Source: Paragordius varius
Taxonomy: Eukaryota > Animalia > Nematomorpha
Reading direction: 5' to 3'
Length of the DNA: 64,000 nucleotides
Assembly (NCBI GenBank): GCA_964247055.1
Contig: OZ176052.1
Coordinates: forward strand, 868,001 to 932,000
Part shown: positions 1 to 10,532 of the stretch, piece after piece
Layout: each line of letters starts with the position of its first letter
Numbering within the stretch: position 1 is the first letter of the stretch
Program-made: the position numbers and the translations under genes
Notes under the pieces: model-generated
Database searches by the model: none
The model's input: the letters and a program-made list of their open reading frames with translations, nothing else
What the model was told of the DNA's origin: nothing

Positions 1-209
1 ATTTTTATGGCTTATTTTAATATTTTTTCAGTATTATTTTAATTTTAAACAAATTTCATTTTTTAAATATAAAAAAATATATAGGTAATTTTTAAGCTTA
101 AAAAACACATAATTTATTTTAGGGTGAATTTGAATAGTTCGAGGGTGAATTTTAATTGTTTAAGGCTAAATTTGAATTGTTAAAGGGGGAATTTGAAGTG
201 TAAATGGTA
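1..209. mobile_element. Foldback-like MITE with 21-bp subterminal arrays (partial, left edge)
   Basis: Core sequence plus four gggtgaatttgaattgttcaa-type units and terminal tgtaaatggta. Confidence 0.75.
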
Positions 210-451
210 TCTATTAAATTTAAATATTGAGATATCTTCGATTACATATACATAAAGTTTAAAAAAAATCGTTTCAATTTTTATTTTTTTAATTCATTTT
301 TAATATTCTGATAAAAAAAATATATATCTAAAACTAAAATAGCTTTTTAAAAATTCTATCAATCCTTATAATGTCAGTTTTTCTCAAACTTATCATCAAA
401 AATCAAAAAAAATTTTTTGAAAATGAAAAAAACTATAAAATTTTGAGTTAC

Positions 452-2246
452 CTGTAGTTGAAACAGCTATCCCAAAGTTAGATGGATTTAAAATAACCGT
501 TGTTTTCAACCTTTTTCTATTAGGTTGAGTATTGGATTTGTTTCGATTTTTAATTTGGTTTGAGGAATTTACAGTATTTTGGGCCCAGCAACCGCAGCCA
601 TACATTGCTGCCTGTAGAAAGCGCATTTATAATTATTTCTCCGATATAAATACCAGTAAAATGATTTTAAAAGTTTGACATATAATTCGTTTACCACATG
701 AGAAAAGCGAAGTAATAACTTTTAAAAAGTAATAAAAACTTTCATAAAGCGTAAACTTAAGAAATTCAATTTTTTCAAAAAAGTTTCCGATTTTTAGTGC
801 CTTTTATTCTTGTAAAGCCTAATCTTTTAATTAATTCGTAAAAATGATGAGTATAATTTACCAATCTTTATAAAAAAAACTTAATTAAACTTTTAAATCT
901 TTTTATTTCAAAATAACCCAAAAAATATATCTAAAAATATTATAAATATAATTTTATACATGACCAACCCGACCCTGAGATTTTAAAATGGAACCACCAG
1001 ATGAGACTCCAGCAAAATAATTTCCGTTCTGATCTATGCAAACAGCTCCAACTGTACCAATATTCAGGTCTAATAAATATAAATACTTTTTGAAAATAAA
1101 TTTTGTGTTTTAATTAGGACTTGATTTCCCAAAAGCGTATCGATGATATTTAACCATAATATATATGCATTCTGTGGCCCTTTAAGCGCATTATTAGGAA
1201 ATAATTTTCGTAATTATTGGAATCACTCATCTTAAACTGTTTGCAACCAAATATTTTTAACTAATTTTTTATTGACCCGCTAAAATAATTAACAAAATAT
1301 ATATTTTAAGTTTAAAAATTTAATACCATTAAAAGTATTTAATTATCTTTAAAAGAAAATTTTTTGATGCTTGATAGATGGATGGTCGTTGCGATTGGAT
1401 TTAAAAGCTATAAATTTTATATAGGGAAATTAAAAAAACTGTTATTTAGTTTTTTTGGAAAAAAATTCAAATAAGTATCATTTTTAAATCTAAGATTTCT
1501 TTTATAATGTAATAGAAAGTTAAGAAATATCATCTTTTTGTAAAACAAATCAAAATACCCAGAGGAGTTGAAGATATGAATTCGACATAACATAACTATA
1601 GAATTATGAATTTAAAAGAACTTTGGTTAAGTTCTCGGCGTCTTTTAATTTTAATTTGTTTTCCAAAAGCAATTTAGCTTCCGAGTAGAGTTTAACCGAT
1701 TTTGGCGGGATATCAAATGCGTTTAAGTTACCTATTTTATAAGATAATTCAAACCAGACGATGTCCTAGCATTTTCAATCACTATACTTTTATTTAGATA
1801 TATATCTTACCTGGGTGGTATTAGGACATTATAATAATTTGTAATTTGATGAGATAAAATATCAAAAGATAATTTGATTGGGTTCTTTGAATCTAAATAT
1901 AATTTTAATTTGGTTTACACATTTGACTCCACACGCAGAGCCCCACATCAAGTTGCATCCTTCCATCATTGAAGCGTCCCCTTCAATCTCACCCGTAATA
2001 TTTAAATTTGAACCAAGACCAGCATTAGTAATTGCAGAATTCTATCAATATTACAAAATGATAACTTCCAAATGCTGTATAGTTTCTAAGATACATGTTT
2101 GGCCATCATCACTTAATAAACTTTCAAGACCCTAAACATAAGACATTTTAAACTTTAAATAACGCATTTTTACATAGATTCATGTAACTTTTAAATTGTA
2201 TTGGATCATGAAATCCGGCTCCAAGATGCAAAGCCAATAAAACCAT
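452..2246 (-). CDS. TASP1: Taspase-1 (threonine aspartase, type-2 asparaginase/Ntn-hydrolase family); spliced, 3' end lies outside the window
   Basis: Exons 2246-2154 (MVLLALHLGAGFHDPIQFKSYMNLCKNALFK), 2131-2066, 2041-1921 (NSAITNAGLGSNLNITGEIEGDASMM), 1892-1811 (SKNPI..IPP), 1786-1755, 1731-1622 (PP..NKLKLKDAE), uncertain linker exons ~1280-1156, 1069-960 (LNIGTVGAVCIDQNGNYFAGVSSGGSILKSQGRVGH), 611-452 (AAMYGCGCWAQN..IAVSTTG). GAGxH, VSSGG, GRVG and YGCGCWA are Taspase-1 signatures. All junctions used are GT-AG. Confidence 0.93.
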
Positions 2247-3830
2247 ATGGATTTTTTGAAAAAACTGGTTTCCCGCTCTAATATCCCATGTAGTTGCTTA
2301 TATAAAAATATTTTAAAAAAATTATTTATATAATCAAGTCTATGTGATACATAACACGCTTTCTTTTATTTAGTATCATCATAAAAATTGTCTATTTTTG
2401 CTTTTAGGAATTAGGATAATAGCTATATATTTTAATTCCAATAAATAACGGCAAAGCTTATTTTTATTAAAATATAATTGATTATTGCCCACAAACATAA
2501 TATTGTATTTGATGTACCTACATTTCTAAAAATTCTCCACTTATATACGATTTTATGAGTAGGGGCGTAACAAACGGGTTAGGGTGCGTATATTTCCCCT
2601 GGAGGATGTTTTGATTTTTTTAAAAAAGCTTGAATTTTTGGCACCAGTGACATTTTCCGGGATTTATGAATGTTTGCGAGGTCACTTTTTAAAAGTATAT
2701 CAAGGTAAATCACACAATTCAAATGCTATTATTTTTCGTGTCATCCGTTATTAACCAATATTCTTAAATCCAGTATATCCTTAACTGTTTCCGGTGTAAT
2801 TAGGCTTTTTGGTGTAATGATAGAGTATAATATTTATTATAAATGGTCGTATGTATCATATCGCGTACTATGCAGCTCCTTTATATTCATATCCTAACAA
2901 ATAGTATCTTGAATTATTATATTTCTTGACATTGATCTGTTAATATGATGGGTTTGTTACATAAGAGAATTATTTTGGGATAATGTTTCTGGGCTTGTAA
3001 CAGCTAGAACAATATAAAGATGTTGTGCCTTTGTATGCTTTAAGGTTGCCCAGATTTCGTTTTAAGTTATCTATCCTGTAGCAGCTTTGTTGAATCTATT
3101 CACCTAATGCCATTTTTTCCTTACGTTTAAAATCTATTCATTAAAAGTAGAAAATTCCCTTCTAAGTATTCCTAGGATATACTTTTCAGATATTATTTTA
3201 GTTTGAAAAAATACCAAAATAATGATATCATCGGAGTAATTAGGCATAAAGTATTACCTAAAAAGCCAATAAGCTATTACAAATCATTTGTACCGAAACC
3301 ATACGTCTTGTTTTGTGCCTCAAACATTACCAATTTAAAGTTTTAAATTAAATTTTTTTTAACTCAGTAAAAATTTAAACTAGGGAACAAAAGGATTCAT
3401 AACCATCATAATTCTAACATGATTTTTTTTGAATTTAAATACCAGCGGTAGTATGGATTATTTTTTTTTCAAATTAAAGCTAAATGGTTTTCTTCCCTAA
3501 GCTATCGTAAGAATAACTCAAACGCAAAACTATTTTATGAAATAAATGTAATTTATTTTATAATTATCATGTGAAATACCCATTATATAATTGTTTTAAA
3601 ATTGATAATATATATAAAATAAAATGAAAGAAAGGCAGAATGTAATGGATAAAGAGTTTATTAACATACATGTTGTTTAATAAATTCTTGACACCTTACT
3701 AAGCTAATACATGCTTTACCGTTACGATACCGCTTGTATGCTTTTGCCCATCACAACATTATAAAATATATGTATGATATTGTCATTTATAATTGGTATA
3801 ATAATATATTATATTTTATGAAACATAGAT

Positions 3831-6104
3831 TTATATTTGAATATCTAAATTTTTATAATAAGTATCATGTAAATTATGCTTAATAACCGAAATATTGATA
3901 GATAATATGGTGTCGCTTAAATCGGAAAGTACCGATTTATTATTATAATTATCGTAGTAGGACGGAATCCTAGTTGGTGTATAATTTTCAAATTTGGATG
4001 GGTGGATAACTGCTTTTTTAATGGGGACTTTGGCGAGACAATCTTTGCGACCAAACCAAACATTAGGCGAACCCAAAACTTTTGTTGGTTCATTTGGATC
4101 ATGCAGTTTTTCGCAGAGTTTACACCAAGAATTGATTGATCGAACGTCCCAATACTTTTTCCATTCAAAGAACCGCATATAAAGCTCGGGATTATGGTCA
4201 ACGTATTGAAGAAATGAAACGAGATCATACACTGTGCCAAAATCCATGACATTTACATAACCTTGCGTGGATATATTGTATCCACGAAAGGTTAGGTAAG
4301 AAGTCTTTTGATTTTTTATTCCATTATGTTTAATGTCAGACTGTGCAAAATGATTGATTGATGCTGATTTAGAGTTGCCTAGGATAATATCATCTATTAT
4401 AGTTGTATACATAGCACCACCATATACGATTGGTAGGATGTCTAAACTCAAAATTTTATAAAATTTTTCCGTTACATATTCGGTACAAAGCGAATTCTCG
4501 AACGAAAGATAAAATTTATACGGGCCTGTTTGTAGCATATTTAGACAATCAGCATCATGTTTGAGTGAACAAGTTAAATTCCCGCATACTCCAAAGATGT
4601 CGAGTGCAAAATATTTAGATAATTCTCTTGCGATTGCATCACGTTTACTAGCCGGGGAACAATTGCTAACAAACCATGCTATTCGTCCGTTTGGCTGCAA
4701 TGATTTTTGCCTCAAAATGCGTTGGCTAACCTCCTGATCATGAAGAACACGTGATTGACCCTTAAATAGCTCCTGGTATATTCCACTTCGTATGGGTGTC
4801 CCTTTAGGGACAATGGCACCCCATGGGCTTGGTATATCGCTCTCTGTTTTATACAACATTGACCAATTGAAAACACCTGTTAAATTTTTATAATACAAAT
4901 TTTGTAGGTGTGAAGGCGGTTCCCGTGAATAAAATATCCATCGTTGGTGAGCAATGCGTTTAGTTTCTTCCGGATACTTGAATGTTTTATAAGAATTTTT
5001 AGGGGAAAATATGAGAGCCGTGCTGAGTGATACTAAATATTCTCGATTTCGTACGAAGGCACAATTATCGACGGGGCAGCCAAAGAATTTTATAGGCCCA
5101 TACCGTATTCCTAAACGTTCCTCCCTATCATCATAATGCGTCCAATGAATGATAATTTTGGGCCTTTTTTCCCGTGGTAAATCATATTTAAGTCTTTTGA
5201 GTGTTCTGGCACATTCTAACTCCTTGTAATCCGAGTAATGGCTAAAGCGATCTTGGCAAACTGCTTTGAAGTCATTTATATTCCATTTTTTACGCCTTTT
5301 AACTTGAATGCGTACGTCATTAGTATCACTGTTAAAAGCATTCAAAGAATTTTGAACTACTTTAGGAATAAAAAAATAGGCATCATTATCATATTGGATA
5401 AAACGTCGATTAGGTCCCAAATAAAAATTGCCATCTTTTAGTGTATGGAATAGAGTGTCAAAATCCATTTTATAACGGTAAATGGAACCGTTCTGCTCTT
5501 CACTATTAAAGGTAGTTTTAGATGATGCATGTCTGGTAACATCGTATGTGGTATAGAAAAAACGTTTTTTGTATTTATCCAAAAATCTTTGAAACAAAGT
5601 TTTTAACCGAGAACCAGGTTGGGAATATATCTGTTGTCTGAGTTTCTGAGAATAATTTTTGATATCATTGTAATTCTTGCTAAAAAGTTCAATATCATCC
5701 ACATGAATACTATATTTAGTGTTTAGAAAGGGAATAATTTCTACGAAATGGCTGTTGTTTGTTTTAAACGTTGCAAAAGATGTAGTATAATATTTTTTAT
5801 TGGCATGAAGGGATGGTGAATGGAGAGGAGAGGTCGTTGAAAGATTGTACTGCCAAAGTAATAAACATGAAGTACACAATAATAGCAGTATGATTACCCT
5901 TAAAATGGTTATGTTTTGGAGATGGCAACACACATATACATTGTTGTTAACTAACAGCAACAATCTACTAAATTTAGCCAACACGCCATCTTTTAATGTG
6001 TGGATTGAGAATTTTAAACGTTGAATCCAAGTTTCGTGTGATGATTCGTTAGTTGGACAATACTCTAACGAAATTATATCAGCAGTGGAGTCACTAATTA
6101 CCAT
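3831..6104 (-). CDS. Alpha-1,3-fucosyltransferase (GT10), type II Golgi membrane protein, 757 aa, single coding exon
   Basis: Uninterrupted ORF. Hydrophobic segment ILRVIILLLLCTSCLLLWQY near residue 70; GT10 motifs FNWSMLYKTESDIPSPWG, AWFVSNC, YKFYLSFENSLCTEYVTEKFYKIL, and VNVMDF..LVSFLQYVDHNPELYMRFFEWK. Confidence 0.93.
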   Translation of the reverse strand: MVISDSTADIISLEYCPTNESSHETWIQRLKFSIHTLKDGVLAKFSRLLLLVNNNVYVCCHLQNITILRVIILLLLCTSCLLLWQYNLSTTSPLHSPSLHANKKYYTTSFATFKTNNSHFVEIIPFLNTKYSIHVDDIELFSKNYNDIKNYSQKLRQQIYSQPGSRLKTLFQRFLDKYKKRFFYTTYDVTRHASSKTTFNSEEQNGSIYRYKMDFDTLFHTLKDGNFYLGPNRRFIQYDNDAYFFIPKVVQNSLNAFNSDTNDVRIQVKRRKKWNINDFKAVCQDRFSHYSDYKELECARTLKRLKYDLPREKRPKIIIHWTHYDDREERLGIRYGPIKFFGCPVDNCAFVRNREYLVSLSTALIFSPKNSYKTFKYPEETKRIAHQRWIFYSREPPSHLQNLYYKNLTGVFNWSMLYKTESDIPSPWGAIVPKGTPIRSGIYQELFKGQSRVLHDQEVSQRILRQKSLQPNGRIAWFVSNCSPASKRDAIARELSKYFALDIFGVCGNLTCSLKHDADCLNMLQTGPYKFYLSFENSLCTEYVTEKFYKILSLDILPIVYGGAMYTTIIDDIILGNSKSASINHFAQSDIKHNGIKNQKTSYLTFRGYNISTQGYVNVMDFGTVYDLVSFLQYVDHNPELYMRFFEWKKYWDVRSINSWCKLCEKLHDPNEPTKVLGSPNVWFGRKDCLAKVPIKKAVIHPSKFENYTPTRIPSYYDNYNNKSVLSDLSDTILSINISVIKHNLHDTYYKNLDIQI

Positions 6105-8755
6105 TTTTAAAATGTCAAAAATGATGTTTCACAAGAAAATGCAAAGCGCTTTTCTCTACATTGATCTCAGTGTTACCGTTAGAATGTCCTACAAGGTAAT
6201 TTTATTTCCTAAATATAAATACCATGTCAATTAACATATTATTTATTCTCTTATTATATAATTCACCACCATGTTACAGAACATTTATTTTTAATATAAA
6301 ATATGGATTTGTTTTTTAAACATTGATGAAATTGTGTTTCCTATCTAATATGCTTTAATAAAAAATATTTAAACAAATTTATCTATCTCTAAATTTTCAA
6401 CAACACATCAATATTGTCTAACTCTACGTACATTGTACTAAAATCTAATGCATACATTGATGTGGTCTGGGCTATCCTATCCCATAATTTAATATTTATA
6501 GCACTATAGATAGAAAAGTGTTAAATTTTTGTGTACTTAATATTTTAGAAATGGTTTTCTTTGCTAATGTTTTATAAAAATTAAAAAAACATTGCGAATA
6601 CAAATAAATGTTTAGCGGTTGAAATAAAAAGTAATTTTAACGTAAAATTTTCAACGGCAATTTTAATAAAAATGTCTATATCTACAGTTTAAGGTTTTGA
6701 ATAACATTTTTAAACTTATTTTCAAATGTTTCTATGTTATAAATAGTGTGCCAAACTAAAAGCGTTTTTTCCCTAAACTTAAAATACTGTAAGTAGCATA
6801 TGGTATAAAAAAGTTTGTCCCTAACTTAATAGATAAAATTAATGTTAAACCATAGGGGAACAAATGTTTAATCCTAACCATTGGTTGGTTGTTACCATAC
6901 ACTACTGTATATTATTTTGGGTATTACTATAAAGAGTTGCTTTGTTTCAATTTTATAAAAATGGTGTACCATAAAAATAGTTCATTATTTGTTCTTTGAT
7001 CCCGTCTAACGAGAAACAAAAGCATTTAGAAATATATAAAAGATCAAAGACCCATTAATCAAACCATTTTATATCAATATATATATAACCATAAAACAAT
7101 ACAAAGGATGTTGAAAGTGACAGATAATATTAACTCAGTTACCTGGTTTTGACATTCAAAGACACAAAAGATTTGACATTAACCATTTTACTAAATACTT
7201 TTGAGTTATTAAAGAATATAATTATTTGTATGATAAAATATCGTTTCTATATAATTTGTTAACATTTTAAAATGAAATGTAATCTGCTAATGGGATATGT
7301 AATAAAGAAAAAAATTAGAAGAACTGCTTGCGTACAAAATAAACTATTGTTATGTGTATTTAATAAATTCCAAAAAAAAACGCTAAAAGTACACGCAGAG
7401 ACGTGCATTTATGACAAAAAAAGAGAGAGGCAAAAAAATCATTGACCTTTATGTATTGTTATTTATTCGTAGAAGTATTATATTTTACACTTTTTAAGAC
7501 AATTGTTAGGCTATGGGGTACACGGTAGGACCCAATATAAAAAGCTACATTGAAAAGAGTTTAATTAACAGTAGCGTATGGTGAAAGAGAACAAATGGTT
7601 GAAATTAAACAACATTTTTCCTCTATTTTACCATTAATTATGTTTATTTAGCTATCGAAGTATTTTTTTACCATACACTGTTATATATGAATATTGGTCC
7701 CACATATTGATATCTTAAACATGTGTACTCTTATTACATAATTTAGGTATGTGTGAATTTGTTTTGAAAATTAGAGGTTAACATTCTTAATATGCAATAT
7801 TTTTTATAAATACCAATGGGAGACATGTTTATCATATTTTGGCCCCCCTAGTGTTAAATGAGTAATATCTCTAAGCTAACGGCAAAGGCTCCTAATTACA
7901 TAATTGTGAAAATTGTTAGTTGCACACGGGAAAGTGGAACGTTTGTGGCTTTGTGGAAAACAACATGCGGTGTTGAAACAATAATAACGATTAGGTGATA
8001 ACACTCTTTCGAGCGGTCATTTTCGTAAACTATTTCGCCATAAAACCCTATCTATGGCGTTTTCGCGTTTTAGGTTAAGTTTTGTCATACTCTACCGTAT
8101 CTAACCGTCGCGTTAGAGGGCGCACCCTCCTTCCCTCTAACCTTATACCATCAATCTTTTTACGTTATATCTACCATCCCTTTTTTCTATAGGTCCAAAC
8201 CGCCTAAAACGATTAATAATCGTCTTTTGTGTTATCAGTTTGATTTCTGTACTTCTTTTAATGTATAAATTATTGATTTGTTTCCTCGAGACACCGCTCA
8301 TTGATCTGAGCATTCACATTTCAGCAACTTCAAAGTGATTTAAATAATTTGTTTATGAGATTTGGTTGTATAGCCAGTTGGTGAAAAAAGAATACCATCG
8401 ATTTATAAAAAAAATAAATATCACTAAAAATTTAATTAGCCCCTCGTCCAGTTTTACTCGCTAAACGTTTTTGAGTTTTTTTAGAACGGAACATTATAAT
8501 TATCTAATTTTAAACACGATCGATTGTGTGTATCAATTATAGCACTGATTTAATGTCTAAGATTTATTGAACAATGTAAATTTTATTAAATTAACATTGC
8601 TAATTAAATGGTTTAATACTTTTAAGGTATTTATTTGGTTATGAGTGTAACCAACTTTACCGGTTATTTTTTTTATCAAATCTTAAGTATTCTCTAATAT
8701 GGCATAAGGTATCTATTTATACATTTATAATCCTAACCAGGATCGAATATGACCA

Positions 8756-9896
8756 CCAGGTGTATGCACAGGTTTTTAAGAGTTTAACTAAGAGAAGACG
8801 TCAGAATAAAATACACACAGACGATTAAACTGATACATACCCCATACATTAAACTACAAATCACACAAGTTAAAATTAAAGTATTATTTTTTTATCAGTA
8901 ATTAAATCCATTTTGTGCCCGAAAAAAAATTTTACAGTACACATTGCATCACAAAAAAGGCTGTTGAAATTTATCGTTTATTAGCAGAAACATATGGATA
9001 ACATGCTCTAAAGACTACACATTTCAAACTGGTTGTGAAATATTAATAGCTGTGATTTCATCTAAAAGAGTGTAAGCGCTCTACTAGACTATTCAATTGC
9101 CAAGACGCAACAGTGCAAGAATTATTGGATGATAACCTAACTCAAACTTAAAAACATTTGGCAGAAGTATTACAAGTATCCCAGCAATCAATGGATGTTT
9201 ACGAGCAATGAGAAAGGCAAACATACTCGGTAAATCGACAAAATTTTCTTAAACCCCAAGCTTCAACGTCACGAAAAGAAATTATTAATGAATCGATTGA
9301 GACGGGTGATGAGTAATGACTTAATTTTGTAAATCCAAAGGGGATAAATCACAGCTTTCATCTTGCCAAGCCGTTCTAACCACCAAAATTATTACATCTG
9401 CAAGAAAACCATTCTCCGTGTCTTGTGGGACAAGAGCGGTATTGTGCATTTTAAACTTTTGAAGTCTCGTGTAATTGTTATATAAAACTATCGCTATTAA
9501 ACACCTATTTAAATCATGCAATAATCGAAAAACAGCTGGAATGAGCCAGAAAACATGGCAACAATGTTTCGCCTCAAACAGCGAAATCAGTGAAAAAAAA
9601 CCATATTTTATTCAATGAAAATTTTTTCCATCCACTAAACTCTCCTAAATTTACGCCATCTGACTAATACTACTCATCAATAAGACACACCCTCACAAAG
9701 CGGCATACTTTAATAATTTCGAAGATGTTAGAAACTTAAGGAATGCTTACCCGCAAAAGTCAAGTTTATCTGGCTCGGCATTCATAAATTACTTGAGGGA
9801 TGAGCGAATTGTGTAGAAGCCGATGACAATATTTTGAATAAAATGAATTGGTTTCCTTCGACCAAAAAACCGGTAAAAACTTATAAATACATCTGG
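8756..9896 (+). mobile_element. Decayed full-length mariner (Tc1/mariner) element
   Basis: Imperfect TIRs (ccaggtgtatgcacaggttttta at 8756; reverse complement ccagatgtatttataagttttta ending 9896, followed by TA). Interrupted transposase remnants: ETYG, QELLDDNLTQT, TGDE, KTILRVLWDKSGIVHFKLLK, SPKFTPSD (YSPDLAPSD), GIHKLLEG. Confidence 0.85.
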
Positions 9897-10532
9897 TATA
9901 TATTTTCAGATAAACATTTCATTCAACGAGTTTGCGTGAATAAAATTTCCAAAAATTATATCCTTGCTTTCACACACAACTTAAATAATATTTTATAGAA
10001 AACTCCTTAATGTAAAAATACATATAATATTTATTTTTTTGTAGATTGATAAATGACATATAAACATGATATATTTAGTAGATAAAGGGGAATAAAAAAA
10101 TACGGTATAAAGTTTGATATAAATGGTTATATGTTTACATACATACATATATATAGCTTTTTGGGCCATCATATTAATTATAGAGAGAGATGATATACAA
10201 TAATAAAAATAGGTTGAATATTAAATAAAATGTATGGCGCTGAAAAACCAGCAAAATGGGAGGAAGTATTGTTATTGATATGAACAAAAGTTGAGTCAAA
10301 ATAATTTTCCACATTGAAAATTGTATTTAAGACCATTTAAATATAGTTTTTTCTAGTGTTGGAATCTCTTTTTAAAAGGTGGATGATTCAACAAAATAGC
10401 TCTATAACCTATTTTACTAATCCACTAAAGGGGGAATGTAATTATTACAGTTTTATTATTTTAAGTAAACACTGTTTTGTTTGCAATGCAGAGGAGGTTA
10501 ATTTGTAAAAAAAGTAAAAAATTTTATGATTA

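Noticed and set aside
1559-1621. Sixth tiny TASP1 intron (26 nt, 1596-1621) with exon 1595-1559
   Set aside because: No homology support, and I found no stop-free continuation from that exon. The linker more plausibly splices to ~1280 or ~1237.
7143-7200. Upstream coding exon for the fucosyltransferase (MVNVKSFVSLNVKT)
   Set aside because: An in-frame TGA lies shortly upstream of ATG 6104 and downstream of the candidate acceptors, so it could only be 5' UTR.
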